A program made the translations under genes and the position numbers. A stretch of DNA of 63,638 nucleotides, the filler included, from Dicyema japonicum (taxonomy: Eukaryota > Animalia > Dicyemida), in assembly GCA_011109175.1 (NCBI GenBank). It is 12 parts of 12 records of this genome, joined end to end, with 100 filler letters (N's around TTAATTAATTAA, not from the genome) between each part and the next. Parts side by side here need not be neighbours in the genome. Positions count along the whole stretch, not along the records: positions 1 to 12,418 come from RDEW01000074.1; 11 more parts are not named here. One strand, given 5' to 3'. The notes under the pieces were generated by a model. That model made no database searches. It saw nothing but the letters and a program-made list of their open reading frames with translations, and had not been told where the DNA came from. Of this stretch, positions 1-12,295 are shown piece by piece (within the stretch, counting starts at the first letter, position 1; each line of letters starts with the position of its first letter).

Positions 1-900
1 ATGTGACATAGAATAACTTGGGTAAAGATTTTTAAGTATTTTGCCAGCTAAAACATAAAATTTTACCTGATTTCATATTTTTGCAGCATCCGAAATTAAC
101 AAAAGGAAATTTTCCCTTTGAACCAAATTATTTCCAAGTGCACCGTCGACTATCTGAGTAATGATGTTCTTGTTAGGAACAGATTCTATCGCCTTAAACG
201 ATATCAGATATGTTGTTTCAGGAGAATTTAACGATCCAATCATCACAGCAACGTATCTTTGGCCTCGGATTTTTGTTTCATCCGTAATAGCAAAAACTTT
301 TTGATTGCTACAAAATAAAGTAAATTTTTATACACAAGTTTTTGTTGAATTAACAATTTTTGATCCATTATGATTTGACCCACACAGCTTCTAGCTTTTG
401 ATGGTGAAGGAACTCGTACAGAGCCTCAGTAAAACAATTCTCTAAGCCACGGAATAGATAGTTTGTTTAGTGGAATATCAGATTTTATAAATGCTTACTT
501 GTAAACCCAATCATCATTTTTGGAATATTGGTCAATGTGTATTTGGTGCGATTCGGTCAGATAATCTACAAAAATAATCGTTTACCAGAATGTCTCCAAA
601 GAATTTGATTAGACAACATTGTAATCTTTGAAGATAACTCCCAGATACTTTTTGCGGCTTTTGAAACATCAAATAAGATTTTTGAGAATTCCACTAACCT
701 TGCACATTTTTATCTATTCATAGAAGAATCGGCTTATGACTACTGGTCATGGTCTTTAATGTCAAAAAAATATTATTTTACCATACTTTGGGAAAATGTG
801 TACAAAAATCGATACTACGTGCACATACACTGACACAAATAGTTTTATAATTTTATTGTATAGATAATGAGAGCACTTCATCAGGTTAAGTTTATATTTT
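1..900 (-). pseudogene. hAT transposase remnant (DUF659/CGGBP1-related type), copy 1, runs off the window start
   Basis: Minus-strand translation with stops and frameshifts: AFIKSDIPLNKL..WLRELF ... ITDETKIRGQRYVAVMIGSLNSP ... FLLLISDAAK ... LKIFTQVIYVT. This is the SDAA/HVTC pattern of this hAT subgroup. Confidence 0.65.
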
Positions 901-1354
901 GTTACAAAATGTATGACCCTTTTTGAGATAAATTTTAGAGGGAACAGAAGAACCCTATAAGAACATGGATAAATTTAAAAATTAAAAAATGGTATTTACT
1001 TAATGGTTTACTTTGAAAGTGATGATTTTACAGATCTGAATGATTTAGCCATAACCACATAATATTAACAACAAAGAAAATCTTAGTTTGTTTTATAAAC
1101 CACAAAAATGATATATTTCATATAGTGAATTGTTCCTAAATTAAGATATTATGTTTGAAATATTTTTGGAAGTAGAATATGACTTTTCAACTCAGAGGCA
1201 AGTCATAACCGTGATTTCTTCTACTCGAGGACTTGAAGAAGATATTTTTGATATCAAAAATTGTTTTCAATCCATTTAATATCAATCTTAGAAAAAATCA
1301 TCTTAGTAAAAATATAGTGAAATGCTATAAGTGCGGACAAAATCCTGGTTGTTC

Positions 1355-1498
1355 CAAGTTAGAATCTAGCTGCTTTACAATTCACCTGAAGGTTCCACAT
1401 ATCTTTGGATTGACGAGTGACGACGTCATTAGTAAATACTCCACTGTGGACAGTAGCGTCTACTCGGAACCACATGTGACAAAAGAAAAAAAGTAAAG
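1355..1498 (+). mobile_element. tRNA-derived SINE, copy 1
   Basis: Aligns with 35968-36146 (-): degenerate B-box AGTTAGAATCTAGCTGCT, core TTCACCTG..AAGGTTCCAC..TTGACGAGTGACGACGTCATTAGTAAATACTCCACTG, A-rich tail ACAAAAGAAAAAAAG. Confidence 0.6.
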
Positions 1499-1639
1499 AA
1501 CGTTCCTTGAACCACTTTCTAAGATTAGTTTCTATAACTTTTCTTTACTATAATAAAGTTTGTGTTTCTTCNNNNNNNNNNNNNNNNNNNNNNNNNNNNN
1601 NNNNNNNNNNNNNNNNNNNNNNNNNNNNNNNNNNNNNNT

Positions 1640-2400
1640 GACCAAAAATGCTAGAAAGTTAAGAATTATTTTTGGCCACAAGTGCCTTGATGGAAGATAT
1701 TCATTTATCCACTTCAGGATAAATTTAATACGGAAAGCACATTGTGTAACAAATGTACCACACACGTGCTATGTGAAACGATTTGAATACAACTGTTTCA
1801 ATATTTTTTCTGCAGGAACAATATAAGGAACAGCATCTGAAATGAGTAAATAGAAATTTCTTTTTTCAACATTTGCTTTGCGAATAATATCATCAATAAT
1901 TTAGCATGTAATTGCGGAATTAGGGGATGAATCACTAGGAATACATTCAATTAAAATTTTGAGGATTCTTTAATATCTCACCAAGACAATTAACATATTT
2001 TTCTCTACCTACATCAGTTTTGTCGATCATTAAAATAATGTTCTCATTTGAAATTGCTTCAATAATTTTTGAAACCATCCGTTCAGCGAGAAACTTTAAA
2101 TATCACGGCATCTGGTTTCCGAAGTAACAGAATGACAATGTTTCTAGAAAAAATTACAATTGTAGGATTTCTAAGCTTATAATGCTGTATACTTGCAGAT
2201 AAAAATGCTTCTGCTAGATCATTAGCTAAACAATTAGTAGTAGAGTCATTCTTAATATATTTCTGCAATGTTCGTATTTGGAATCCTTGAATTATGTTTT
2301 TGAGTTTTCCTGTGTTTTTCGATAAACCATTGCTTTTTATAAGTAACACATAAAATGTATAATTTACACAACAATCTTCCGTCCAATGAAAAAGAAAATT
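1640..2400 (-). pseudogene. hAT transposase remnant (DUF659/CGGBP1-related type), copy 2
   Basis: LAEAFLSASIQHYKLRNP (ORF 2083-2349), then LLISDAVPYI..LKQLYSNRFH..CVVHLLHNCAF..VDK.ISSIKAL; disrupted. Confidence 0.7.
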
Positions 2401-2902
2401 CTTATCAACAATAGAAGAAGGCTCTTTTAGAATCGTTATTTTTTTCTAATCCTCACTATTTAACCTTCATTTAAAAAATATTCCTAACAAAACAAGAAAC
2501 TCTTACTCTCTTTTACGCAGATTATTTAATAATTGTTACATGTTTTAAAATAACGAAGGCATCGTTGTGCCATGTGGCTACTTATTCAAGATTTCTGTTT
2601 GTTTCATTTGTTCCTACTCTTCCATTTTCTAATATAATAACGTCCTGCGATCCACATGTTTCACGTGGGGCCCAATGCCACGTGGCACGAAAAAGGATCA
2701 TTTTCTATCTCCCACTCCACTGAAGTGATTTCCATTACTACAAAGAATGGACGCATTTTACCTTTTATGTTGGTTCTGGATTTTTTTCCTTCTAAGCCCA
2801 CGTGGAAATTTTCATCTTGAAGGATAAACGAAACTGTGCTGTTTTTCGAGTCGAATTTGCACACGAAAAACACCCTTATAATATGTATTACTGTTTATTA
2901 CC

Positions 2903-5900
2903 TTGGGGGACTCTAGATTAATAACTTCTAAAATACCTTTGGTGAATAAAATTATCAGTTTTATTCTTTCACTTGATATTGCTGACCGATTTATGTTTTA
3001 TCAAAGATTTTTAATATATATTTTTCTTTTCATCTTGAAAATGACTACTAATGAGTTTGATCACTCTTACGTTCAATATACATCAATAGTAACTCGTGGC
3101 ACAAAACTTTCATTAATTTATCTTTCTGGCGTTAATGGAAAATTTGTAAATAATGTTAAATTGTGCCAATTTAATATTCTATATGCTGCACAGTGTGCTT
3201 ATATGACTTTAACTGCGAAGGTTAAACCGCAAAGTACGTGGTTGGAGAACACTGAAAAGAAAATCTCAAAGCTGATGGCAGAACTAGAACTTGTCAATCG
3301 CTTTTCCAGACAAGCTCTCCCTGTGTATGAAAAACAAAAGGTTATGGATGTTCTTTGTGCCTATGGATACAAAAGACCCAAAAAAGGGGAGGTTGCCAGG
3401 ATTGAGGCTTTACTATGTGACCTTGTAACAATTAAGAAGAAGCAAATAGCTGCACATCATTCGAGGAAGGACTTTCGCAAGGACAACTGTTGTTTTGAAT
3501 TAAATCGAAGAAGATTTTATCGGAACCTATCAGCAAGCAATGAAGTAACGTTATATGGTTTCGATGATGAGGATTGTATGTCGTTTTGGGAAAAAGTGTG
3601 GTCTAAAAGAAAAGAGATGAACGTGCCATATGACAGTGTGGGTAAAGTAAATACTGGTATTGAAGGCATGTTGCCAGAGTTCACAAATGAGTTTATCCTG
3701 GATGTTATTAAATGGCTCCCTGATTGGAAGGCGTGTGGATGCGATGGCTCATATAACTTCTTTATTAAGAAAATAGAATCTTTACATGGCTTTTTATGTA
3801 CTGAGATTAACCGAATTATTAATTGGGAATATTGCCTGAAAGTTGGTTTTATACTGGAATAACCTATTTAATTCCTAAAAAGGATGATTATGAGACTCCT
3901 AATGACTTACGTCATATCACGTGTATGCCAACTTTATATAAACTTATTACCAAATGTGTTAATTCCAAACTCTCAGATTTTGTGGATTCGTTTGGGCTAT
4001 TATCTGACAATCAGCTGGGAACGAGGAAACATTGTCAGGGCGCTAAGGAACAGACCCTTATTAATCAATGCTTAAATAAGGGTATGGAAACGCCCTTTAT
4101 TCTGCTTGTGTGTGAAGAAGGCCTTTGATTCTGTTGACCATGAATTTTTATTTCATGTATTGGACTGCTCAGGAATACCCCGTTGGATTGTAAACTGTGT
4201 AAGACCATAGTCATGAAGTGGACTGTAAATCTCCAATTAGATGGAAGAAGAATTGGTTCTGTAAAACTGGGACGGGGAATTTTGCAAGGAGATTCATTAT
4301 CCCCTCAACTATTTGTTATGGTAATGGAACCCTTGAGCAGGACCCTTAACTTTATGTTCCCAAGACTCCAAATTAATCAGGAGGATCCTAATACACTGAC
4401 TTATTCTACAAATCATTTGTTATTCATTGATGATCTAAAGATATTTGGGCTAAAAGAAGATACTGTTATTAAAATGATGGAAGTTGTTCGCGATTTCTTT
4501 CATGTTGACGGCTTGGAGATGAATTCGGAAAAGTCATTTTCTAATGTTAAATCGTTATCATGTTGTGAGACTCTGGAAGGAGTCACTGGATATCGATATT
4601 TGGGTGTTTTTGAAGATGAGAGAAGTAATGTTCTTAAAAGCAAAGTTATGGAGTCCATACATGAAAATGTTAAGAAGAGAATAACCATGCTTTCAAAAAC
4701 AAAGTTAAATTCTGTGAACTTATTTCGCGCAATAAATGAATACGCAATGTCCCTATATAATTATTATATAGGATTAATCACTATTGAACCTTACGAATTT
4801 GATGATATTGACCAACAAATACGCCAACTGCTTACGTCACTCAAGTTGCACCTCAAACCTGCAAATAAAGAGAGGGTGTATTTGGACAGGAAGACTTTTG
4901 GATGAGGACTTTCCTCGATTTCATTAAAGAGCGAATTAATACTTTTCCAGTTTTTTAAAAGTTTGGAAAAACAGTCGACTGTGTGTTTGCGAAGGTCGGG
5001 GATTCTGCGAGTAATAAAAACAAAAAAATGGCACTTGGCTACAATCGCAAAATTTCTTGCCTCTAAATATGCAATTGCCGACAGGGAAAGCATGGATATT
5101 AAGTCCCTCAAAGACACTCAGAAAAAATATTTATTAAATAAAATTTATTGCAGAACACTACACTCAATTATGTTCAAATGTATTGATGAAACAAATGTCG
5201 ACCTATATACTTCCTCAGAATGGTTATCCAAAGGAAATAACGGCCCACGGAGCGAAGCATTGTACTGTCTTTTGCAAGATAGGAATTTGTTTTTTGCACA
5301 CACGGGGTCATAATGCAACCATTGTAAAAAAAGCAAGAAAATTGTTGATCATTTGGCCACTCAGTGTGGAAAAATGCAAAATAGTGATTATCTCCGAAGA
5401 CATAATGATGTGGTAAAGTGCATCCATCTTCATCTTTGTCGAATTTATGGAATCAAAAGAAGCAGGAAATTGAAAGGACATTCGGTTCAGTCAATATTGA
5501 CGAATCAAAATGTCGAAATTAGAGTTGACTCGTCGATTTTGACAGAACAAAAGTCCAATACAATAAACCTGATATTTTCGTGTATGACAAAATAAAGAAG
5601 GAAGTAACGTTAATTGAAGTGGGGATTACCTCACAAGACCGACTAAAGCAAGTTAAAGTTGAGAAACTTAACAAATATGACTTGCTAGCAAATGAACTTT
5701 CGCTGCTCTATGAATGCCAAGTGAAGATTATTCCAGTGGTTTTGACATGTGATGGAGTTGTTTCAAGATGCTTCAAGAATCATATGGATAAATTATCTAT
5801 TGAAGAATCAACGAGGACTTACATCCAATCGGTTGTACTGAAGAGAACGCTCGAAAGTATGCTCATTGAACATAAGCATGGGATGAAGGTATACGATGAA

Positions 5901-6098
5901 GACTACGCCTCTGTTACCTCCCAACTTGTGGAATTGGCATGCCGTGAAGACAGCCCAATGGACTCAAACGGAGATATTTTGACTGAATCTGATGTGGAGA
6001 TGCGGAGTAACAGGGAGGTTATGGCACACTCTTCTTCTAAGAGAAGAAGGATTACTAACAATCTGGATCAAAATACGCTTAATTAATTAATTAGTTAG
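2903..6098 (+). mobile_element. R4/Dong-like non-LTR retrotransposon (RT + CCHC + restriction-like endonuclease), near full length, disrupted
   Basis: RT motifs ITYLIPK, LRHITCMPTLYK, GILQGDSLSP, HLLFIDDLK, YRYLG. Zn knuckle C..CKK..KIVDHLATQC...RRHNDVVKCIH. RLE NKPD...KEVTLIEVGIT..K..KY. Several frameshifts and stops; ends in a (TTAA)n tail at 6079-6094. Confidence 0.9.
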
Positions 6099-6295
6099 AT
6101 TTTTTTAATTTGTATACCAGTACAAATATTGATAGTCTGTGTTAATTTTTAGCGTAGAGTTGGATCTATTTAATCATCGCTACGACTAGGTCTTTGATAT
6201 AAAATTTAGCATGTTTTATGTGGGTTGCATTTAACCTACTTTACCTTCTAGTTACAACCGGCTCAGGAGGATAACCTTTTTTTTAAATAACTGAC

Positions 6296-6660
6296 GCCGT
6301 GAGTTATTTTTGACCACAAGTACCTTGATAGATGAAATTAATTTATCCACCTTAAGATAATAAAATTTCATCTGGAAAGCACAATCGTGTAACAAATGTT
6401 TGTATACAGTTTCTCAATGATTTCCTTGCTGAAATAAGAATGAGCAGCATCTGAACTGAGTAATAGAAGTTTCTTTCAACATTAACTTTGCTAATAACAT
6501 CAACTATAACCTCGTGTGTAATTGAGGAATTAGGGGATAATCAATTGGATACAATCAATTAAAAATTGAGGATTCTTTAATGTTCCAAAAAATAACATAA
6601 TATTCTCAATTTAAATTGCTTATAATTTTTAAACCATTCGTTAAGCGAGAAACATATAAA
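6296..6660 (-). pseudogene. hAT transposase remnant, copy 3 (fragment)
   Basis: Nucleotide paralog of about 1660-2100 (shared CCACAAGT.CCTTGAT, GGAAAGCACA.T.GTGTAACAAATGT, GGAATTAGGGGAT blocks). Confidence 0.65.
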
Positions 6661-6724
6661 TATAGATTACACAACAGTTTTTTTGAATTTATTATTTAAA
6701 TTAATAAAGGTTAAACGATTAAAT

Positions 6725-6905
6725 TATCTAATCGATGGTAATCCTTCTCCTTCTCTCATAAGAAAAATGTGCCATCAATTCTCTGTTATTCCCCATTTGG
6801 CCATAAGAGTCAGTCGAAATATCTTCGTTAGAGACCAGTGGGATGTCCTCGTAGCATGCAGTTCCAAAAGATGAGAGGTAGCAGAGATGTACTCTTAAAC
6901 GATAA
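6725..6905 (-). mobile_element. Diverged 3' fragment of the R4-like element, inverted
   Basis: The reverse complement aligns to 5905-6060 (..GAGGACATCCCACTG..ATGGCACA..AGAAGGAGAAGGATTAC). Confidence 0.65.
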
Positions 6906-6944
6906 AATGAAGTAAATAGTGTTAAATTTATATAGCAATTAACA

Positions 6945-7296
6945 TATTGGAGTTGTCTCAAAATGCTTCAAGAATCATATGGATAAATTATCTATTGAAG
7001 AATCAACGAGGACTTACATCCAATCGGTTGTGCTGAAGAAGATCGCTCGAAAGTATGCTCATTGAACATAAGCATGGGATGAAGGTATACGATGAAGAGT
7101 ACGCCTCTGCTACCTCCCAACTTGTGGAACTGGCATTCCGTGAAGACATCCCACTGGAATTTAACGGAGATATTTTGACTGAATCTGATGTGGAGATGCG
7201 GAGTAACAGGGAGGTTGTGGCACACTCTTCTTCTAAGAGAAGAAGAGAGATTACCAACAATCTGGATCAAAATACGCTTAATTAATTAATTAGTTA
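6945..7296 (+). mobile_element. 5'-truncated copy of the R4-like element
   Basis: Near-identical to 5755-6095, including MLIEHKHGMKVYDE...NLDQNTLN* and the (TTAA)n tail. Confidence 0.9.
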
Positions 7297-7324
7297 ATTT
7301 ATTCGTTATTATTAATTTTATTAT

Positions 7325-7440
7325 GGAAAGCTTTTTGTTTGAAGAAAATTCAATACTGGGTTAGAACCCAAAAATATTTTACCTACAGTCAAACATGGTG
7401 GTGGTTTGATGGTTTGTGCTTGTTTCTCATATTATGACTT
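7325..7440 (+). mobile_element. Tc1-like transposase fragment
   Basis: PKNILPTVKHGGG.LMVCACFSY resembles the Tc1 PTVKHGGGSVMVWGCFS motif. Confidence 0.55.
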
Positions 7441-9079
7441 CTTGTAGGAGATAGACGTATAATATTTTACCAGAGTGTCTGGTTTGTTCGCCTTTTCTCT
7501 CTGGGAGGTTCTTTTGATGTTCTTGATCTACTTCCAGACTCTCTGCATTGGGGTTCTTGCAGAGAGCTTTGATTGTCTCGTCCATCTATTTGAATTTTCT
7601 GCCTTTATGTTCTTGTCGATCTCTTCGTTCAGCTCTCATATTTTTCTGATATTCTCTTTTGTTGGCGATTTTACTATCTTTAGATTATTTTGTTTTCTAA
7701 TCAAATGTTTAGTTGAAACAGACGTAGGTTGTCAGCCATTTGGAATTTACTTATTTTTCGCAGCGTTTATGGTTAATTTGAACCATTTCACTAATTGTTC
7801 GACGGAAGGCAGAGTGTGGAAATTCAAGAGTCCAATGCAATTATCGACGTAATCATTGAATCCTCTCAAGTGGATGAAAGTTTATCGTTACGTCGAGTTG
7901 GCGTTCTTGTTTAGAATGCAAGATCGTTTAGTATGAAGAGACCTCTATTAACATCTTCCCCTTGTGTGCTATACGGTATTCCTTGGAAATATCTTATAGA
8001 GCGCTATTGCAGGAAAAAACATACACCGACTTTAAGGATCCAGACGATTAATGGTCTCAAGGATGGTTTGAAAGTGATGAGAAGTATTATAATCAGCCTC
8101 ACGATAGATCTAGGAGATATGTTATTTAATTGGCATATGGACTTGAATTAAAATCTAAATCACCGCCTAGTTATAAGATTTGTGCTTAATGTTACAAATA
8201 AAACCCTAAGAAGTCTCAAGATTGAAATATAATCTCAGGATTGGAATCTTGCAGCTGTGGCCAGGATGACCCGACGATTTACAGGGACCTTGTCTTCAGC
8301 TTTAAAAATCCAGAAAATGCTAGTTTATTTGAAAAGGATCTTAATTCAAAGTTTCCTTTTGGGGATAAATGATACAAACTCGCTCAAATTAAGTTGCCAC
8401 TTTCGGAAATTAAATTTACAAATATTCTAACCTAGGAAGAACTTGAGGAGCTTAATGAATACCTCTGAAATATTATTTTTTCAAATTTCACGCTTAGAAG
8501 ATTTGAAAAACGCGAAGAGAGATTATCTAAAGAAAAACCAACAATAGAAATCGTGGAGAAGCTTAGATTTGGTTTTAAATTGGTTTCTCAAAAGTTAATG
8601 GGGAATAAGTTAGAAAGCAAGGAATTATAAGCTTTCATTGCACGTTTTTTGCAAAAATGTTGAAAGATGGTTGATTTGTTCACCAAACCACTAAAGGTAA
8701 AAAGGTCAATCTTATTTAAAGATTTATAAAAAATTGCATAAATTGTAGATCAACTAATCACATGGTTTTTTACGGAGGTGGCTAATGTGTTAAAGCAGCT
8801 TATAAATTCAAAATGGATAAATTCTTACCTCAAAGTAAAGCTCGCAATCAAAGTGTTACTAAAGTAAGAAATATTACCAGAATGATCGGTGACATTAAAG
8901 ATCCGATCAAACTAACACAACAGGATGGAATCCTATCACTCTAGAAATACAAAATTTGAAATTGGTGTGCAAATCAATGGACCCACAGTGTCCTCTGCTG
9001 AAAGTGGATCTCAAACACAGATGAAGATGTAGGAGGATGTTACGATTTAGATACTTAAATTATTTATTTAACACCCAAG

Positions 9080-9850
9080 NATCAGTCCTCGATGGAGTCC
9101 GAGTCGAGAAGCCTGTCAGTCCATCGTGTCATTTTTCAGTATTGAAATGCGAAGCAGTCGAAAACAAGTTGATGAGGACAGTCGAGGAGTGTCAGGCTGA
9201 AAAGAACGAACTAGAAAAAATCTCATCAAACACAAATTGAAATTTTGCTTAAACACATTGGGGGAGTGACAGTCTCCCCCCTTGTGACGATGAACAGGTC
9301 ACGCGAGATGGTAGGAAATGATTTCTTATTATATTCGATTAGACCTGATGGCAGAAATCAAAGATCTGGTTTATTTACTGGACTGACTTTGAGTAGCACT
9401 TTTCCATTGTTTACAATGCTCGCCTTATTTATAAGTTGATTTACGGTTCCCTTTCTTTTAAGCACGCGTTCGGGTGGATTTAAAAATAAAACTAATTTGT
9501 GAAGTAATTCTCAGCCCGTGGAGGTACAGGATAGCATTATTTGGACTATCCTCACAAAATCGTCAAAAGTGTGGACTGCATCTGACCCCAGTATTGCGCA
9601 CCTTTTCGAGCATGTCATCGTTCTTTTCTAATTCTTTCTAATTACACTCCGAGGTAAGTTAGCTTATTTGCTAGTGGGGTGGCTCCCCGTCAACAGCCTT
9701 TTGCATTCTTTGGCATCGAAGCGTATAGAATGATCCCAGAGTATTATGAGATCGGCATATAACACCATTCCAAACCAAAAATGCGTTGGTTCGATGCAGA
9801 GTACAGACCCTTGATAAGCACCTCTTTTTTAAACATAAACGACTTCTTGC
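9080..9850 (-). mobile_element. Possible decayed LTR-retrotransposon 3' end (PPT followed by LTR start)
   Basis: Minus strand AAGGGGGAGA-C-TGTCAC (purine tract then TG) at about 9266-9284, downstream of degenerate coding-like sequence. No second LTR seen. Confidence 0.3.
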
Positions 9851-9985
9851 GAAACTCCAAAGCAGTCAGACACCTAATGCCTGAGAATTAATGAACTGAG
9901 ACAAAAACAGTCTTTTTTATGATTATTTTAAAGTTACTAGTAAAGCAATCGAATGTCAATAAAATCAACTCAACAAAAATAGTTA

Positions 9986-10508
9986 CAGTCAACCCTCGTT
10001 AATCCGAACTTCAATAATCCGAAAATTTCAATAATCCGAATTTTTTTAATTGAAATTATAAATGTTCTAACTTTTTCCTGCCAAATTTGATTCAATGCTC
10101 GAAAATTCAATAATCCTCAATTAATTTTTTGTAAATTAATTTTTTCAATTTAATTAACAGCACGCTTTTCGTAATTCTATGGTTAGAAAAAGGACTGAAG
10201 TCAAAATTCATCTAAAGAACAGATTTGTAAAATTAAGGATTCGAGGAAAATGTCGCTGAATGAATTGTCTCAAATTATCAGAAGAGAATTAAACCTGGAC
10301 CTAGGAAATTCTACTTTATCTGAAATTTTGAAAAATAAAGACAATGGAAAAATAGTGAGAGCTCAAACACTTACTATAGACAAGCTTCTAAAAATCATTA
10401 TCTGCTTGAGAATTCATTGATAGAATGGATATCTCGAATGGATGCTATTAACGGTTACCTGACTGATGAAATTATTGTTACTAAAGCAAAGAAATTTGGA
10501 CAAAAGAC
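9986..10508 (+). mobile_element. pogo/Tigger element left end with decayed CENP-B-type HTH
   Basis: TA|CAGTCAACCCTCGTTAATCCGAAC TIR, then MSLNELSQIIRRELNLDLGNSTLSEILKNK ... LENSLIEWISRMDAINGYLTDEIIVTKAKKFG. Confidence 0.75.
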
Positions 10509-11304
10509 CACCAATTGACAGCGAAATTAGAAGAATTTTCGTAGAAATATTAACTATTTAATTAAGTTTTGCGTAAAGATACAAATTATTTTCGGTATGC
10601 CTCTCTTCCTTATCTTTTTTATTATTCAAAAATAATTTTTTCAATAGATAACCGATGGAAGGAATACGAAGTTGAAACGAAGTCGAATTTATTTTCGGTA
10701 TGCCTCTCTTCCTATTCTTTTTTATTATTTAAAAATAATTTTTTCAATAGATAACCGATGGAAGGAAAACGAAGTTGAAGAACAGAAAGCTCAGCATAAG
10801 GTAATTAATTAAAACTTTTAATGCTTAACTTACATGATGTTGCCTGCCCTCTTTTTTGCGTGCCGCTTTTTTCGCTGCTGCAAATCCGCCTGCTGCTTCT
10901 TTTCCTGCTCTTAATGTGTTAGTTATTTAATTTAATTTGTCTGTTTGATTTTGACTGTTTAATTGGGTGTGTTTCATTGTGTCTTTTTGATTGTGTCTGT
11001 TTGATTGTGTCTGTTTGATTGGGTCTGTTTGATTGTGTTTGTGTTGTGCTACCTTCAAAAGCTCCCCCTGCTCCAAAAAAACAAAAAAGACCAGAAAGAA
11101 AATCCTCATAATCAAAAAAACACCCAAAAATTAAACAAAGCAAAAAATAAAAAACAACTAAAAACAGGCGTTTATCAACAGGCGTTAGAATAGGGCTACA
11201 TCAAACCAGGTCGTTTATTATATCTACATAAACTTATAGTTATTTGATAAACAGGCCCTCCGCAGGAGCTAGGTCGCGGTGAGCGAAGCGAGCTGCTGAG
11301 CTAG
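10508..11304 (+). mobile_element. Helitron-like non-autonomous element (3' end well defined)
   Basis: Ends GAGCGAAGCGAGCTGCTGAG-CTAG|T. Internal degenerate 14-bp GATTGTGTCTGTTT repeat at about 10938-11045. The segment 10508-10845 recurs at 25897-26223. Confidence 0.6.
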
Positions 11305-11359
11305 TTTATTATAAAAAGGGTTTAGCGTCATTTTAATTAAAAAATGGTATCTTCTAAAT

Positions 11360-12010
11360 ATTTAACCATCATTGACATCTACAGCAAATTCGAAGTCTGC
11401 AAATCTTTAAAAAATTAATCTGCTTTTGGTAAAATTTAATATTTACTTTTAGAAGCTGGAAATAAATTAAAAAAATTTTTTTCTCAAATTGGATATTGCC
11501 AAATTTTACAAACAGACGACGGATTTGAATTCAAAAATCAACTGATGGATCAACTATGCGAAGAAAATAAAATCAAGCATATTTATGGAAGGCCAAACCA
11601 TCCTCAGTCACAAGGGTGTAATTGGGATAAGGGTGTATAAATTTGAAATAAATTAGGGTGTAATTGAGCGCTTTAATCAAACATTGACACGGGTATGGCA
11701 AAACTGATGGAAAAAGAAGGAACTAAAAATTGGAAACAATTTTTAGACCAAAGTAACTTTTTCCTATAATACGACACATCACACGGCGATTAATGAGACT
11801 CCCTTCAAAAAATTTAGGGGTATTTCTGGAATTAACACTGTGATTCATGAAATACCAGGTTATAATCTCATTTATAATTTAGATGAAAATAATGAGGCAT
11901 CTTTTGTCAAATATGAACTTGATGGTAAATGTACGATGTATTTATTTTTAGAAACGAATAATGAAATTTTTAATTTTACTCCTCCAGACATGAATTCTTG
12001 GCGTAGATAA
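11360..12010 (+). pseudogene. Retroviral-type (rve) integrase with spliceosomal micro-intron(s); Ginger-like
   Basis: TIIDIYSKF..KN*SAF|EAGNKLKKFF..ILQTDDGFEFKN..IKHIYGRPNHPQSQG..VIERFNQTL..SYNTTHHTAINETPF. 24-nt GT-AG intron at 11429-11452; optional introns at 11859-11882 and 11925-11951. Confidence 0.75.
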
Positions 12011-12295
12011 TATAGTTAAAACAAAAATTATATAATACAAAAAATGAGACTAAATAAAGGATCCAACAAATTTTTATTTCAGAAATGATCAATTTTTAAA
12101 TTCATCAAGTCCTCTTAAATATTCTATCGGATTTCTATTGTCAATGTCGGATACAATTTTTTTTATTCGCTGGTCTGCATCTCTATATTGTTTCAGTTTT
12201 TGAGTTGGCGGATATCCTGCCACGAGCTTTTCATATTTAGAGTCTTGTCCTTTTTGGACATTTCTCAATCCGTCGATAAATCCCCATAGTGATGT

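Noticed and set aside
7475-9040. Coding-like decayed sequence (including an MVDLFTKPL motif)
   Set aside because: Probably retroelement debris, but too degraded to assign a family or boundaries.
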